A stretch of 64,000 nucleotides of DNA, taken from Halieaceae bacterium UBA4452 (GTDB taxonomy: Bacteria; Pseudomonadota; Gammaproteobacteria; Pseudomonadales; Halieaceae). The stretch is taken from assembly GCA_002389505.1 (NCBI GenBank), contig DGPA01000019.1, positions 8 through 64,007 on the forward strand, written 5' to 3'. The first letter of the stretch is position 1. Every line of letters starts with the position of its first letter. The translations under genes were made by a program, and so were the position numbers. A model generated the notes under the pieces. It had not been told where the DNA came from. It saw only the letters and a program-made list of their open reading frames with translations, and did not search any database. Below are positions 18,208-29,177 of this stretch, one piece after another.

Positions 18208-18293
18208 AACTCCGATCTCTTGGCGGGTACGTGCACCCGGCTAGGTGACATAGTAAACCGAACTGACGTGGATTTGTTAGTCTGCGGGTTAGC

Positions 18294-18968
18294 TCAGGAG
18301 TTAGCCACTGATTGAAACTGCCACAGGGTGTGTCCGCTCTGTTGGTACTTCTGCTCAAAGAGTGTCAGGGGCGGCTCTAGAGCTAGCGCGCGGACAGTCC
18401 CTGCTGCGCGCAGTGACGCCCACGCCAAGGCAAACTCCTCTATATAAATTTTCCAATTACTGCGCACTTCTACTGCGCCCCCAAGGGTTTTGAGTAGTCC
18501 AAAGGCCGGGTGACCGTGAACCCGACGTTTAAGTTGGCTACTTTTTGGCCAAGGGTTGGGATAGAGCATATAGTGATGCTTGACCTGTACGCCATGATCA
18601 ACCAAATAGCGCCAAAATGACTCGCATTCAGCCCTAAAAAGTCGATAATTGCCCGCCATAGGAATATGTCGACTGAGCCGATTGGCGGACTTATCGACGC
18701 CAATAATACAGGCATTGCTGTGCCTGGTAGCCAGTAAGCTGGTGCTCAGTCCGGTGCCACAAAACGAATCGAGAACAATGTCGCAATGCGGGTGCGCTGC
18801 CAGCCAGTCCAACGCCTGATCGCCTGCGCGCCGCGTGTGGTCGGGTATGGGTTTACGCCATGGGTGATCAAGGTGTCGATCGACCACACTCAATAGGTGT
18901 CTGTGGGCGGCTATCTGGTCTGATCGAACCGCCGTTGCTGTGGGTTTTGTTTGCGGTAGTGTCATCAC
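18294..18968 (-). CDS. SAM-dependent methyltransferase, TrmB-like (guanine-N7 methyltransferase fold)
   Basis: 224 aa with the SAM-binding motif LDSFCGTGLST and the YPNPWPK motif typical of the TrmB-type fold. The substrate cannot be assigned from the sequence. Confidence 0.6.
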   Translation of the reverse strand: MMTLPQTKPTATAVRSDQIAAHRHLLSVVDRHLDHPWRKPIPDHTRRAGDQALDWLAAHPHCDIVLDSFCGTGLSTSLLATRHSNACIIGVDKSANRLSRHIPMAGNYRLFRAECESFWRYLVDHGVQVKHHYMLYPNPWPKSSQLKRRVHGHPAFGLLKTLGGAVEVRSNWKIYIEEFALAWASLRAAGTVRALALEPPLTLFEQKYQQSGHTLWQFQSVANS

Positions 18969-19006
18969 CTTGCCATGATACTGCTTGTTGTGAGTGGGGT
19001 GTACAC

Positions 19007-19738
19007 ATGCGAGCAGATCTGAGGCCCTATTGGGTAAAAAAGGCGTGGCTCAGGCTGCGAGATACCTGGACCGATTACTTTATACGGCCGCGTTGCGCGT
19101 CCCTCGGTCCCTACGCCAATATTATGCAGCCCTGGTATGTCACTATTTCTGGCTGCAATATCACCATAGGCCACTCATTTACCGCGGTGGGCGAGCCCCA
19201 TGCCCGGGTAGAAATTGGTGTCTGGGGCCGCGGGCCGGGAGAGGGCAAAGTCACGCTGGGTAACGGTTGTCTGATGAGCCCTGGTTCCAGAATCAGCGCC
19301 AGTGATGAGGTCTTTTTGGGCAACGGAGTGATGCTGGCAAATAGCGCCTATATCACGGACTCCGACTGGCATGGTCTGTATGACCGAATTGATCGGAACC
19401 CCAAACCGGCGCCGGTCCGACTGGAGGATAACGTCTGGATTGGTGATCGTGCGACCGTCTTGAAGGGGGTGACTATTGGCTGTAATAGCGTGGTAGCGGC
19501 CGGCGCTGTGGTTACCAAAAGTGTGCCTGACAATGTCGTGGTGGCGGGTAATCCGGCAGTGGTTGTTAAGCGGTTGGATCCCGATCATCCACGGCGCACT
19601 CGGGCTGATCTCTATGCGGACCCGGAAGCCACCGCCACGTTTTTTGACGCGATAGATCGCGAGGTGCTCGCGGACAACCGCTTAGGGTTTTGGCTTTGGA
19701 CGGTCGTTTACCCGCGTGCTCGCAACGATAGCAAATAG
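19007..19738 (+). CDS. Hexapeptide-repeat (left-handed beta-helix) acyl/acetyltransferase
   Basis: Hexapeptide repeats VWIGDRATVLKGVTIGCNSVVAAGAVVTKSVPDNVVVAGNPA. I chose ATG 19007 because the longer ORF from 18860 would overlap the divergent methyltransferase gene. Confidence 0.75.
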   Translation: MRADLRPYWVKKAWLRLRDTWTDYFIRPRCASLGPYANIMQPWYVTISGCNITIGHSFTAVGEPHARVEIGVWGRGPGEGKVTLGNGCLMSPGSRISASDEVFLGNGVMLANSAYITDSDWHGLYDRIDRNPKPAPVRLEDNVWIGDRATVLKGVTIGCNSVVAAGAVVTKSVPDNVVVAGNPAVVVKRLDPDHPRRTRADLYADPEATATFFDAIDREVLADNRLGFWLWTVVYPRARNDSK

Positions 19739-19752
19739 TGGATGCCAAGGAT

Positions 19753-20727
19753 TCACAGCAGCCGCAGGGGCGGTTCTTGCATGGCCGCCAGCTGTTCCCT
19801 CAGCTCAAGGATGTGATCTGCCCAGAACCGCTCCTGCCCAAACCAGGGAAAGGCCAAGGGGAAAGCGGGGTCATCCCAGCGACGCCCTAGCCATGCGGCA
19901 TAGTGCATGATGCGCATGGTCCGCAGGGCTTCAATCCAGCGTAATTGTGCAGGGTCAAAGTCATTGAATTCTTCATACCCGCCAATGAGCTCACTAAGCT
20001 GAAGTTCCCGTTGACTGCGATCGCCACTCAAAAACATCCATAAATCTTGAATGCAGGGTGCGCTGTAGCAATCGTCCAGATCCACAAAATGAGGCGTGTC
20101 GTCGCGCCATAGGATATTGCCCGTATGACAATCCCCGTGAACGATTTGATTCATCGACTCATCATGGGTATCCAACAAGCCTTTGATGGCTTGTTCGCAA
20201 TCGTCCGCTAGCGAGCTGTACGCGGCAACTAAATCTCTGGGTATAAAATGCTCTAATATAAATTCGCGGCTCGCCGTGACGGTACGGTCAATCGAGAGTG
20301 CCGGTCGATGTGGTAGCTCCAGAGTGGCGCCGACCCGATGAATACGTGCCAGGGTTCGTCCCAAGGACAGTAAGTGGTCGAGATTATCTAGCTCAGGAGG
20401 ATGGCCGCCGCGACGGGGAAACAAGCTAAATCGATGCCCCTCCACATGATGCAATGTGTCGCCGTTGACGACGAGTGGCGCAATGACCGAAAGGCCGTGC
20501 CCTTGCAGGGCAAGCGAGAACGCGTGCTCTTCGAGAATTTGTGTGTCAGTCCAGCGACCCTCGCGATAAAACTTAGCGATGATCGGCGTCTCATCTTCAA
20601 GGCCCACTTGGTAGACCCGATTCTCATAGCTATTGAGCGCTAGTAACCGAAGGTCACAGCGATACCCGACATGTTCCACACAATCGACGACCTTGTCAGG
20701 TGAGAGGCTGGCATAGGGTTGTGACAT
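19753..20727 (-). CDS. srkA: Stress-response serine/threonine kinase SrkA (YihE/RdoA family)
   Basis: 324 aa; LLALNSYENRVYQV and HGDCHTGNILW...VDLDD closely resemble E. coli YihE/SrkA. Confidence 0.8.
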   Translation of the reverse strand: MSQPYASLSPDKVVDCVEHVGYRCDLRLLALNSYENRVYQVGLEDETPIIAKFYREGRWTDTQILEEHAFSLALQGHGLSVIAPLVVNGDTLHHVEGHRFSLFPRRGGHPPELDNLDHLLSLGRTLARIHRVGATLELPHRPALSIDRTVTASREFILEHFIPRDLVAAYSSLADDCEQAIKGLLDTHDESMNQIVHGDCHTGNILWRDDTPHFVDLDDCYSAPCIQDLWMFLSGDRSQRELQLSELIGGYEEFNDFDPAQLRWIEALRTMRIMHYAAWLGRRWDDPAFPLAFPWFGQERFWADHILELREQLAAMQEPPLRLL

Positions 20728-20834
20728 GGCGGCTCCAACTAGGTTCCGCGGAGCTTACACCATCCCATCCCTCAACCCACCCTATCGTTACTCGATCGCC
20801 ACAGGATTTGTGGCTTTGGCGAGGGTCTGACTGA

Positions 20835-21599
20835 CTATGGCGCGCTGGTGAGTGTCCAAGCGTGGACCGCCCTTGCGCCTGCCTGCCGACAGCAATCGGC
20901 AGCGGCTGAGAGGGTCGCTCCCGTGGTGATGACGTCGTCGACCAAGAGGATGCTTGCCCCAGGGAGGGGTCGGGCAGCCACAATTCGCGTGCCCGCCACA
21001 CGGAGTCGTTGCTCGCGCGTAAGCTGATGTTGGGGCTTGGCATGCGCGTTTGCTTTCAGTGCTGACAGTACCGTTAGGGGCCGACACTGCCGCTGCGATA
21101 GCGGCCGAGAGAGCGCTGAGGCGAGCAGTGCGCTTTGGTTGTAACCGCGCTCAAGTCGTTTCCGCCAATGCATGGGCATGGGGACTATGTAGTCAACGGG
21201 CGGCCAGGGGCGCGCTGATCGTAAAGCCAGATCAATAAGGTAGGGGGTTAGTTCGGGTTGATTCTCGAACTTCCATTTGTGTAAGAGCTCTCTTGCAATA
21301 CCAGAGTACTCTAGGCTGGTCGCGAATGAGTTTACGTTGGTTAGTCCGCCGTCGTGCACAACAAGCGGCGTTGCTGAGGTCTGCGCGCCACTATGCGTGT
21401 GGGTGGACGTTGAAAAGATCAGCTGGCTCTCGCACTCCTCACACACCCAGTGGGGCTTGAAAACACGTGCACTGCAGACGATGCAGTGCGCAGGCAGTGC
21501 CGCCTCGAAGCTCCGTCGCCCGTGATAGCACCAGTGTCGTCGCACGGCGCGCCAGCGCCGTTGAGCTGAACTACGAGTAGTATGTTGAGTGAAAAACAT
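20835..21599 (-). CDS. comF: ComF-family phosphoribosyltransferase-domain protein
   Basis: N-terminal four-Cys zinc-finger-like region (CIVCSARV...CEECESQ) and the PRTase motif ILLVDDVITTGATL. Confidence 0.8.
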   Translation of the reverse strand: MFFTQHTTRSSAQRRWRAVRRHWCYHGRRSFEAALPAHCIVCSARVFKPHWVCEECESQLIFSTSTHTHSGAQTSATPLVVHDGGLTNVNSFATSLEYSGIARELLHKWKFENQPELTPYLIDLALRSARPWPPVDYIVPMPMHWRKRLERGYNQSALLASALSRPLSQRQCRPLTVLSALKANAHAKPQHQLTREQRLRVAGTRIVAARPLPGASILLVDDVITTGATLSAAADCCRQAGARAVHAWTLTSAP

Positions 21600-21730
21600 C
21601 GATAAACACTGCAGGTAATGAACGGGCCAACAGTGTCATGCACTAAGGGGCGCAGCAGCAACATCAGGACACTGCTTTTCGCTAAGAATTTGTTACCCTA
21701 TGCGGCATTGATTAATCTTTTGGAGTCAGC

Positions 21731-21946
21731 GTGGACCCAGACCAGTCACCAACATCCCAAGACCCTAACGAGCGGCGACTGTATCCCGACGATCAAGCTA
21801 AGGTAGATGAATTTCTCAACCGCGGCGTTAACGCGGTGAAACGCAAACCCTTTAGGCCGCTGTTCCTCGTTATTTTACTCATTGTGGTGGTGACTGGGTT
21901 TAGCCTAGTCAGTCAGGGGGTAGCCCGCTGGTCTGGGTTGTATTGA
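21731..21946 (+). CDS. Small single-TM protein (DUF3094-like, from memory of the family)
   Basis: 71 aa; GTG start 5 nt after GGAG. The motif RKPFRPLFLVILLIVVVTGFSLV (basic stretch then TM) resembles small conserved gammaproteobacterial proteins. Support is weak. Confidence 0.45.
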   Translation: MDPDQSPTSQDPNERRLYPDDQAKVDEFLNRGVNAVKRKPFRPLFLVILLIVVVTGFSLVSQGVARWSGLY

Positions 21947-22013
21947 GGTGGCTAGTGACTAGCGACGGTTTGTTATTGCAGGTACCGATCGTCGTTCGGT
22001 AGTCTTTCGTGTT

Positions 22014-22090
22014 CGGTGTGTGGCGCAGCCTGGTAGCGCACTTCCTTCGGGAGGAAGGGGTCGGAGGTTCAAATCCTCTCACACCGACCA
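22014..22090 (+). tRNA. tRNA-Pro (anticodon CGG)
   Basis: 77 nt. The acceptor stem CGGTGTG/CACACCG is followed by ACCA. D arm GCGCAGCCTGGTAGCGC, anticodon stem CTTCC/GGAAG with loop TTCGGGA (CGG), T arm GGAGGTTCAAATCCTCT. Confidence 0.93.
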
Positions 22091-22175
22091 ATTCGCGATC
22101 CGTCTTCGTCCGAGTCGCGTTGAAGCGCGAAGGCCGCTTGGATGAATGTATAGCGGTTTTTAGCGAACTCAGTAT

Positions 22176-23327
22176 CTACTGTGATCGCTGTTCAAGCATA
22201 TCGACAGCAGGCAGTGTTTTGCCTTCAACAAATTCGAGGAAGGCGCCTCCACCGGTAGAGATATAGGACACCTGTTCGGCAATACCAAATTTATCAATCG
22301 CGGCCAACGTATCACCGCCGCCAGCCAAGGAAAAGCCCTTGCTCCCAGCGATAGCGTTGGCCACCGCTTCGGTGCCGCCCGCAAAGGCACTAAACTCAAA
22401 AACGCCCACTGGGCCATTCCAAAGAATAGTACCGGCAGAGGTGAGCTGCTCGACAATGACCGCTACCGATTGCGGGCCAATGTCTAAAATCAAGTCATCC
22501 TCGGCCACCTCCGTAGCAAGCTTGACAACGGCCTGTGCCTGGTCGCTGAACGTTTTAGCGACAACCACATCGATGGGGAGGGGGATGAGGGTTCTATCCA
22601 TGAGTGTACGAGCAGTATCAATCAGATCGGCTTCACACAGAGATTTTCCCACAGGGTAGCCGGCTGCCGCTAAAAAAGTATTAGCAATGCCACCACCAAC
22701 GATTAAGCTGTCGCACTGGTCGGCTAGCTGTTCTAGGATCTCAAGTTTGGTCGATACCTTTGATCCGCCGACTATAGCGAGCATTGGGCGGGCGGGTGCT
22801 GATAGTGCTGTTGCAAGCGCCGCAAGCTCGGTAGCGAGCAAGGGTCCTGCGCAAGCAACGGGGGCATACTTCGCCACACCATGGGTTGATGCCTGCGCCC
22901 GGTGGGCGGTACCGAAGGCATCCATAACAAAAATATCGCATAAAGAGGCGTACTGTTTTGCCAATTCGGAGTCATTAGACGTCTCACCTGTATTAAAGCG
23001 AACGTTCTCCAGTAAAACGAGCTCGCCACTACTGACCGTCGCTGATTGCCAATCACGAATAACGGGTAATTCAACGTCGAGGAGCTCGCCGAGGCGCTGG
23101 GCAACCGGCGCCAGCGAGTAATCGTCGCTGTATTCCCCCTCGGTGGGGCGACCTAAATGTGACATCAACATGATCCCCGCGCCCGCCGCAAGGGCTGCGC
23201 GAATCGTCGGCACGACCGCGGTGAGTCGTGCATCGCTAGTGACGCTTCCGCTTTTGATCGGCACGTTAAGATCTTCGCGAATGAGCACCCGTTTACCCTT
23301 AAGGTCTAGGTCAGTCATAAATTTCAT
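22176..23327 (-). CDS. pgk: Phosphoglycerate kinase
   Basis: N-terminus [23 protein letters not shown] and C-terminal GGGDT...STGGGAFLE motifs. ATG 23327 gives 383 aa, whereas the ORF-track start 23441 would overlap the epd 3' end. Confidence 0.95.
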   Translation of the reverse strand: MKFMTDLDLKGKRVLIREDLNVPIKSGSVTSDARLTAVVPTIRAALAAGAGIMLMSHLGRPTEGEYSDDYSLAPVAQRLGELLDVELPVIRDWQSATVSSGELVLLENVRFNTGETSNDSELAKQYASLCDIFVMDAFGTAHRAQASTHGVAKYAPVACAGPLLATELAALATALSAPARPMLAIVGGSKVSTKLEILEQLADQCDSLIVGGGIANTFLAAAGYPVGKSLCEADLIDTARTLMDRTLIPLPIDVVVAKTFSDQAQAVVKLATEVAEDDLILDIGPQSVAVIVEQLTSAGTILWNGPVGVFEFSAFAGGTEAVANAIAGSKGFSLAGGGDTLAAIDKFGIAEQVSYISTGGGAFLEFVEGKTLPAVDMLEQRSQ

Positions 23328-23359
23328 GGTTGGCTCCAACAGTCCAAAGGTCGCGGCGA

Positions 23360-24403
23360 TTATGGGCCGCTTGTGCCCTGAAAGGGACCCAGTTCGCCCA
23401 GCCTCAAAGCGATATCTAACAGCCGGTTGGCATAAGCCCATTCGTTATCAAACCAGATGAGCACTTTCACCAACCTATCAACGCTCACTTGCGTTTGGCT
23501 GGCATCAACGACACTGGAGCAGAGTTCGCCATTGAAATCGCAAGAGGCAAGAGGTTCAGTAGTGAAGCCAAGTATGCCACTCAGTTCGTTATTGGCAGCC
23601 TGCGCTAGCGCCGCATTGATTGTCGCTACGCTACAGGGGGATTGGGTGTAGACGGCAACGTCCATTGCCGATACGTTCAGTGTTGGCACACGCAGCGCGT
23701 GAGCGGTGAGTTTGTCCTTCAAATTGGGCAAAATACGCGGTACGCCAATGGCCAAACCGGTATCGACTGGAATGATAGATTGAAAGGCTGCGCGGGTTTT
23801 GCGCAGATCGGTATTGTGATACGCGTCTAACAGCGGTTGGTCGTTCATTGCCGAGTGCACAGTGGTCACTGTGCCGGCCTCAATGCCAAAGCGATCATCA
23901 AGAACACTGAGCACGGGGCATAAGGCGTTAGTCGTGCAGGAGCCCGCTGACACTATGCGCTGCTGCGCTCTTAGTTGATGATGGTTGATGCCCCAAACCA
24001 CCGTTAGATCTACGTCGGGCTCGGCGGGTTGTGAAAATAACACCCGATTCGCTCCCGCTTGCAAGTGCTGCTCCGCTGTCGCCCTATCGCTAAAGGCACC
24101 GGTACACTCAAGCACCAAATCGATCGCGCTACTTGACCAAGGCAGCGAAATGACGTCGTCGATTGAATAGAGTTCAACGTCACTGCCGAGGACCCGCAAA
24201 CCGTTGACAGTCGGCTCAATGGACGCTGGGAAACGCCCATGAGTCGAATCATAGCGTGCCAAATGAATGGCGGTATCTCGATCAGCGCGTTCATTAATAG
24301 CCACTAATTGAAGCGCCTGCTGCGTATCGGCCCTCGTAGCCCAAGCCCTGAAGACCGTGCGGCCAATACGACCAAAACCGTTAATCGCCATTCGCTGTTT
24401 CAT
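23360..24403 (-). CDS. epd: Glyceraldehyde-3-phosphate dehydrogenase family; erythrose-4-phosphate dehydrogenase by tkt-epd-pgk synteny
   Basis: 347 aa with INGFGRIGR and the catalytic SCTTN motif. It lies between tkt and pgk, as epd does in E. coli and Pseudomonas. Epd and Gap cannot be told apart from motifs alone. Confidence 0.7.
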   Translation of the reverse strand: MKQRMAINGFGRIGRTVFRAWATRADTQQALQLVAINERADRDTAIHLARYDSTHGRFPASIEPTVNGLRVLGSDVELYSIDDVISLPWSSSAIDLVLECTGAFSDRATAEQHLQAGANRVLFSQPAEPDVDLTVVWGINHHQLRAQQRIVSAGSCTTNALCPVLSVLDDRFGIEAGTVTTVHSAMNDQPLLDAYHNTDLRKTRAAFQSIIPVDTGLAIGVPRILPNLKDKLTAHALRVPTLNVSAMDVAVYTQSPCSVATINAALAQAANNELSGILGFTTEPLASCDFNGELCSSVVDASQTQVSVDRLVKVLIWFDNEWAYANRLLDIALRLGELGPFQGTSGP

Positions 24404-24438
24404 GATCGAGGTGTCAACCTACCCAGTTGCCGGTACTG

Positions 24439-26439
24439 CTAATCGAGGATGACCTCTTCCACCGCAGTGACGACATTGTCTACGGTGAAGCCGTATTCTT
24501 TCATCAGTACATCCCCTGGGGCTGATTCACCAAAGCTGGTCATACCGATAACACGACCGTCGAGGCCAACGAATTTGTACCAATAGTCGGCATGGGCGGC
24601 CTCTACCGCGACCCGAGCTAACACATGGCTAGGCAGCACTGTTTCCCGATAGTGGGCGTCTTGAGCCATGAAGCGCTCCGCGCAGGGCATGGAGACAACG
24701 CGAATTCCGCGGCCCGATTCGGCCAGCTTAGTCGCGGCTTCTACGGCTAGCGAGACTTCAGAACCCGTGGCAATGATGATGGCGTCGAGCTCTCCAACTT
24801 CCGGTGTCAGCACATAGCCGCCGCGCTCAATGTCTTCCAGGGCCTCGCCTGCACGGTATTGATGGGCCAGGGTTTGGCGAGAAAAAATCAAGGCCGACGG
24901 CCCCTCGGTACGCATAATAGCCATTTTCCATGATACGGCTGATTCAACCGTGTCACAGGGACGCCAAGTCTCCAGGTTGGGGGTGCTGCGCAAGCTGGTT
25001 ATTTGTTCGACGGGCTGGTGGGTTGGGCCATCCTCTCCCAAACCAATAGAGTCGTGAGTGTAGACAAAGATCGAACGCTGGCCCATGAGAGCCGCCATGC
25101 GTACGGCATTACGCGCATACTCCATGAAGATCAAAAACGTTGCACCATAGGGAATAAAGCCTTTGTGTAGCGCAATACCGTTCATGATGGCCGACATGCC
25201 GAATTCTCGGACGCCGTAGTAAACATAGTTACCGTCGCCGTCCGTTGCCGAAACCCCTTTTGAACCCTGCCAGAGGGTAAGGTTTGACCCCGCGAGGTCT
25301 GCTGAACCACCGAGCAGCTCAGGTAGTAGCGGGCCGAGTGCGTTGAGGGTTTGCTGGGAGGCCTTGCGGGAGGCGGTATCGGCACCGGTTTCCGCACACA
25401 GCGCAATGTAATTATCGATGTCGGTCTCGAAATTAAGCGGTAAGGCACCACTCAAGCGGCGTGCTAATGTTTCTGCTAATTCAGGGTAGGCCGCTGCATA
25501 AGCGCCCAAGCGCTGTTTCCACGCAAGCTCCGCGTCGCTACCCCGTGCTTTTGCATCCCATGCGGCGTAGATGTCGTCGGGGATCTCGAACGGTCCATGA
25601 TGCCAACCCAGTGCTTCGCGTGTCGCCTGAACCTCAGCTTCCCCAAGGGCGGCGCCGTGACAGGACTCGGTTCCCTGCTTATTGGGAGAGCCCTTGCCAA
25701 TAATCGTTTTGCAGCAAATCAAGGTAGGCCTGCTGGTATCGGCTTTGGCACAGTCAATGGCTTGATTGACGGCTGCGGGGTCGTGCCCGTCGATATTGGC
25801 AATGACCTGCCAGCCATAGCTTTCAAAGCGTTTGGGCGTGTCGTCGGTAAACCAGCCAGCTACCTCACCGTCAATCGAGATGCCGTTATCATCGTAAAAG
25901 GCGATCAATTTACCCAGTCCTAGGGTTCCCGCCAGAGAACAGACCTCATGGGAAATGCCTTCCATGAGACAGCCGTCCCCCAAGAATACCCAGGTTCGAT
26001 GATCAATAACGGCATGATTTTCTCGATTAAACTGCGCTGCAAGCACTTTCTCAGCGAGGGCCATGCCGACGGCATTTGCTAAGCCTTGTCCCAATGGACC
26101 TGTGGTCGTTTCGATGCCAGGCGCGTAACCGTATTCTGGGTGGCCTGCGGTTTTACTGTGTAACTGACGGAAGGTCTTTAGGTCGTCAATAGGGAGGTCA
26201 TAGCCCGTTAAGTGCAGCAAGCTATAAATAAGCATGGAACCATGACCGTTGCTGAGCACAAAGCGGTCTCGGTCAGGCCACTGAGGATTGTTAGGGTTAT
26301 GTTTCAGGTGGTCATTCCAGAGGACTTGCGCAATGTCAGCCATGCCCATGGGCGCACCCGGATGACCGCTATTAGCCGCTTGTACAGCATCCATGCTTAG
26401 CGCGCGAATGGCATTGGCGAGTTCAATTCGGGAAGGCAT
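24439..26439 (-). CDS. tkt: Transketolase
   Basis: 666 aa with N-terminus [18 protein letters not shown], the ThDP motif [12 protein letters not shown] and conserved pyrimidine-binding and C-terminal domains. Confidence 0.96.
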   Translation of the reverse strand: MPSRIELANAIRALSMDAVQAANSGHPGAPMGMADIAQVLWNDHLKHNPNNPQWPDRDRFVLSNGHGSMLIYSLLHLTGYDLPIDDLKTFRQLHSKTAGHPEYGYAPGIETTTGPLGQGLANAVGMALAEKVLAAQFNRENHAVIDHRTWVFLGDGCLMEGISHEVCSLAGTLGLGKLIAFYDDNGISIDGEVAGWFTDDTPKRFESYGWQVIANIDGHDPAAVNQAIDCAKADTSRPTLICCKTIIGKGSPNKQGTESCHGAALGEAEVQATREALGWHHGPFEIPDDIYAAWDAKARGSDAELAWKQRLGAYAAAYPELAETLARRLSGALPLNFETDIDNYIALCAETGADTASRKASQQTLNALGPLLPELLGGSADLAGSNLTLWQGSKGVSATDGDGNYVYYGVREFGMSAIMNGIALHKGFIPYGATFLIFMEYARNAVRMAALMGQRSIFVYTHDSIGLGEDGPTHQPVEQITSLRSTPNLETWRPCDTVESAVSWKMAIMRTEGPSALIFSRQTLAHQYRAGEALEDIERGGYVLTPEVGELDAIIIATGSEVSLAVEAATKLAESGRGIRVVSMPCAERFMAQDAHYRETVLPSHVLARVAVEAAHADYWYKFVGLDGRVIGMTSFGESAPGDVLMKEYGFTVDNVVTAVEEVILD

Positions 26440-26587
26440 AGCGGCTCCAAAAGCGAGATTCCAAGAGCCGCTATTGTCCGCGAACCGGCGTCATCCCGCA
26501 ATCCGCATTCCTGTAATAATAACGCGCAATGACGCGAGCCCAGCAAACACTTATGATGCCCATTCAGACAGCTTAGCGAAGTCGAAC

Positions 26588-28111
26588 ATGCCCAAATCTT
26601 ATGTTAAACGCATTCTCAATGCTCGAGTCTATGACGTCGCTAGAGAAACACCCCTTGAGCAAGCGTCTTTACTGTCCCAGCGGGTGGGTAATCAAGTATG
26701 GCTGAAGCGAGAGGATTTACAGTCGGTGTTCTCTTTCAAATGCAGGGGTGCTTTCAATAAGCTCGTTAATTTGAGTGATGAAGCGAGAGCCAAGGGTGTG
26801 GTTGCTGCGTCTGCGGGCAATCATGCGCAGGGCGTCGCGCTGGGTGCGCAAAAACTCGGCATCAAGGCCACCATTGTCATGCCGGTGACTACCCCCTCGA
26901 TTAAAGTTGACGCGGTGCGCAGTCGTGGCGCGATGGTCATATTAGTGGGTGATACCTTCGACGAGGCGGCAGCAAAAGCACGACAACTAGAAGAGGCAAA
27001 GGATCTGACGTTCATCCATCCCTTTGACGACCCGGATGTTATTGCTGGGCAGGGGACGGTGGCGATGGAAATTACCCGTCAAGCGTCCGCACCTTTCGAC
27101 TATATTTTTATTTGTTGCGGGGGCGGTGGGTTATTGGCGGGTATGGCGGCATACCTACGGTATGTTTGGCCAACCACGAAAATTATTGGGGTGGAGCCTG
27201 AAGATGCCGCGTGCGCAAAAGCGGCTTTAGACAAGCAGCGGCGAGTAACACTGAAGGAAGTCGGCCTATTCGCCGATGGCTGCGCAGTGGCGCAGGTAGG
27301 CAAAGAAACTTTCCGCATTATTCGTGAAACGGTGGACGACATTATTACCGTGTCAACGGATGAAATTTGTGCGGGGGTAAAGGACATTTTTGAAGATACC
27401 CGGGCGATTGCCGAGCCCGCTGGCGCGCTAGCTGTCGCCGGATTGAAGAAATATGCTGACGCACACAACATCGTTGGCGCGTCAATGGCGGCAACGGTGA
27501 GCGGTGCCAATACAAACTTCGATCGACTGCGCTATATCTCCGAGCGGACTGAGATCGGTGAACAGCGCGAGGCCATCATTAGCGTCACGATTCCAGAACA
27601 GCCAGGCGCCTTTAAGCGGTTTTGTTCCGCGCTGGGTAAGCGCAATATCACCGAGTTCAATTACCGCTATAGCGACAGCCGTTCGGCCCGGGTTTTTGTT
27701 GGACTGAGTATTACCCCTGGCGGTCAGGATCTACCCGTCTTGCGAGAAAAGTTGGAGGATCATGGTTATGGGGTTGAGGACTTAACTGACAACGAGACCG
27801 CGAAGTTACACGTTCGCTATATGGTCGGCGGTCACGCTTCGCACGCTATTGACGACGAGAGAGTTTTTCGTGTTGAATTTCCTGAGCGCCCGGGCGCGCT
27901 AATGAAGTTTCTCAATGCTCTCGGTAAGCAGTTTGATATTTCGCTTTTTCATTACCGGAACCATGGGGCCGCCTTCGGTCGTATCTTAGTGGGCTTCAAC
28001 GTACCTTCGGGTAAGCTTTCTGCATTGAAATCTGTTTTGGCGGAAGTGGGCTATCGGCATTGGGAAGAGACAGATAACTGCGCCTATCGCAACTACCTGG
28101 GCCGACGCTGA
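26588..28111 (+). CDS. ilvA: Biosynthetic threonine dehydratase (threonine ammonia-lyase)
   Basis: 507 aa from ATG 26588 (MPKSYVKRILNARVYDV). It has the PLP-lysine motif SFKCRGA and two C-terminal ACT-like regulatory repeats. The ORF-track start 26393 overlaps the divergent tkt start. Confidence 0.93.
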   Translation: MPKSYVKRILNARVYDVARETPLEQASLLSQRVGNQVWLKREDLQSVFSFKCRGAFNKLVNLSDEARAKGVVAASAGNHAQGVALGAQKLGIKATIVMPVTTPSIKVDAVRSRGAMVILVGDTFDEAAAKARQLEEAKDLTFIHPFDDPDVIAGQGTVAMEITRQASAPFDYIFICCGGGGLLAGMAAYLRYVWPTTKIIGVEPEDAACAKAALDKQRRVTLKEVGLFADGCAVAQVGKETFRIIRETVDDIITVSTDEICAGVKDIFEDTRAIAEPAGALAVAGLKKYADAHNIVGASMAATVSGANTNFDRLRYISERTEIGEQREAIISVTIPEQPGAFKRFCSALGKRNITEFNYRYSDSRSARVFVGLSITPGGQDLPVLREKLEDHGYGVEDLTDNETAKLHVRYMVGGHASHAIDDERVFRVEFPERPGALMKFLNALGKQFDISLFHYRNHGAAFGRILVGFNVPSGKLSALKSVLAEVGYRHWEETDNCAYRNYLGRR

Positions 28112-28519
28112 GTGCCGATTGTTCTGCCATCGACGAGGTTAAGGCCCATCAAATATGTAAATAATCCACTAAAAATAGCAGGGTTTTTGCAAAAAATGTG
28201 ACCCACATCACGTTTTGTTTTGGTGGCGTCTGTGTTTGCTGACACTATGTCTGGCCGTCACCGAACAACCGAGCCGAACCGGTAATATGAGCATTAGAAT
28301 ACCAATCAGCACCAGAGTAAGGAAAAAGCGACCTGATTTTCTATGGGTACTGGTCTTCATTGTAAGCCTTGGCGCCCTATCCACTCAGCTCATTGGTGAC
28401 GACAATCCCCCTATGGCCCTCCAGCAAGCTGCTACTACCGTTCAGTAGACGGCTCACGGCCAATAAACAAGGTGGGGACATGGTTTATTGGCGGGTCCGG
28501 GAAACAGCACCCTTATCCA

Positions 28520-29107
28520 TTAATCGCGGTCTATAGCGTCGAACCACTCTATGGCCTGGTCGCTGAGATAACCCTGTACGCGCTGATCATGGGCTTCTTC
28601 TGGAAGTCGATGACAGCGCTGCCAGCTATAACCGACACCACAGGCGACACCCTTGTTAATGTCTAGTACGCGGTCATAAAAGCCTCCCCCGTAACCCAGT
28701 CGAATGCCGTTGTCGTCGCAGGCCAGCAACGGCACCCAGAGAAAATCAATGGATTCATGGGTGACCTGGGGCGCTTCGGGCAGCGGCTCAATGACGCCAA
28801 GCCGCGATTGGCTTGAGGGGTCTCCTGGCTGCCACAGGTGAAAGGTCAAGTCTCTCCCGGTACCGACTCTGGGGTAGGCCACCTGCTTACCGGCTTTCCG
28901 GGCAATGGTATCGATGGGGGCAAGGTCTATTTCAGAGCCGTAGGCTATGAAACTGGCAACAATGGCAGCGTCTTGCCAAGGCGCCATGCCGATCAGGTGA
29001 CGACTGAGGCGTTGGCTTGCGCGGTTGCGCTGCGAGACCGACGTCTGGTCTCTGCGAGCTCGCCACTGTTGGCGCAGGGCAGATTTTTGTTGCGCATCTC
29101 CTGCCAT
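28520..29107 (-). CDS. ygfA: 5-formyltetrahydrofolate cyclo-ligase
   Basis: 195 aa with C-terminal PLLACDDNGIRLGYGGGFYDR, typical of MTHFS. It sits downstream of zapA and 6S RNA, as in E. coli. Confidence 0.85.
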   Translation of the reverse strand: MAGDAQQKSALRQQWRARRDQTSVSQRNRASQRLSRHLIGMAPWQDAAIVASFIAYGSEIDLAPIDTIARKAGKQVAYPRVGTGRDLTFHLWQPGDPSSQSRLGVIEPLPEAPQVTHESIDFLWVPLLACDDNGIRLGYGGGFYDRVLDINKGVACGVGYSWQRCHRLPEEAHDQRVQGYLSDQAIEWFDAIDRD

Positions 29108-29177
29108 AGTGGTGTGCCTCGCTCATGGTACGACGCGCGTTGACCCCCGTCTTTTTTGGAGCGCGCTACCATAGAAA

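Noticed and set aside
18860-19006. N-terminal extension of the hexapeptide acetyltransferase ORF
   Set aside because: It would overlap 109 nt of the divergent methyltransferase gene. The Cys/Val-rich translation looks non-coding, and ATG 19007 is the conservative choice.
20696-21087. Two overlapping minus-strand ORFs (115 aa and 99 aa) around the comF 3' end
   Set aside because: They are alternative frames of the comF coding region and intergenic DNA, Arg/Pro/Ser-rich, and have no motifs. The comF frame carries the PRTase motif.
21947-22175. tRNA-Pro as a possible genomic-island integration site
   Set aside because: No integrase, no direct repeat of the tRNA 3' end and no compositional shift follow it. 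The next gene is core pgk.
23328-23441. N-terminal 38-codon extension of the pgk ORF
   Set aside because: The extension overlaps the 3' end of epd and has no similarity to Pgk N-termini. ATG 23327 gives the canonical [15 protein letters not shown] start.
26393-26587. N-terminal 65-codon extension of the ilvA ORF
   Set aside because: It overlaps the divergent tkt start codon and promoter region. The conserved IlvA N-terminus begins at ATG 26588.
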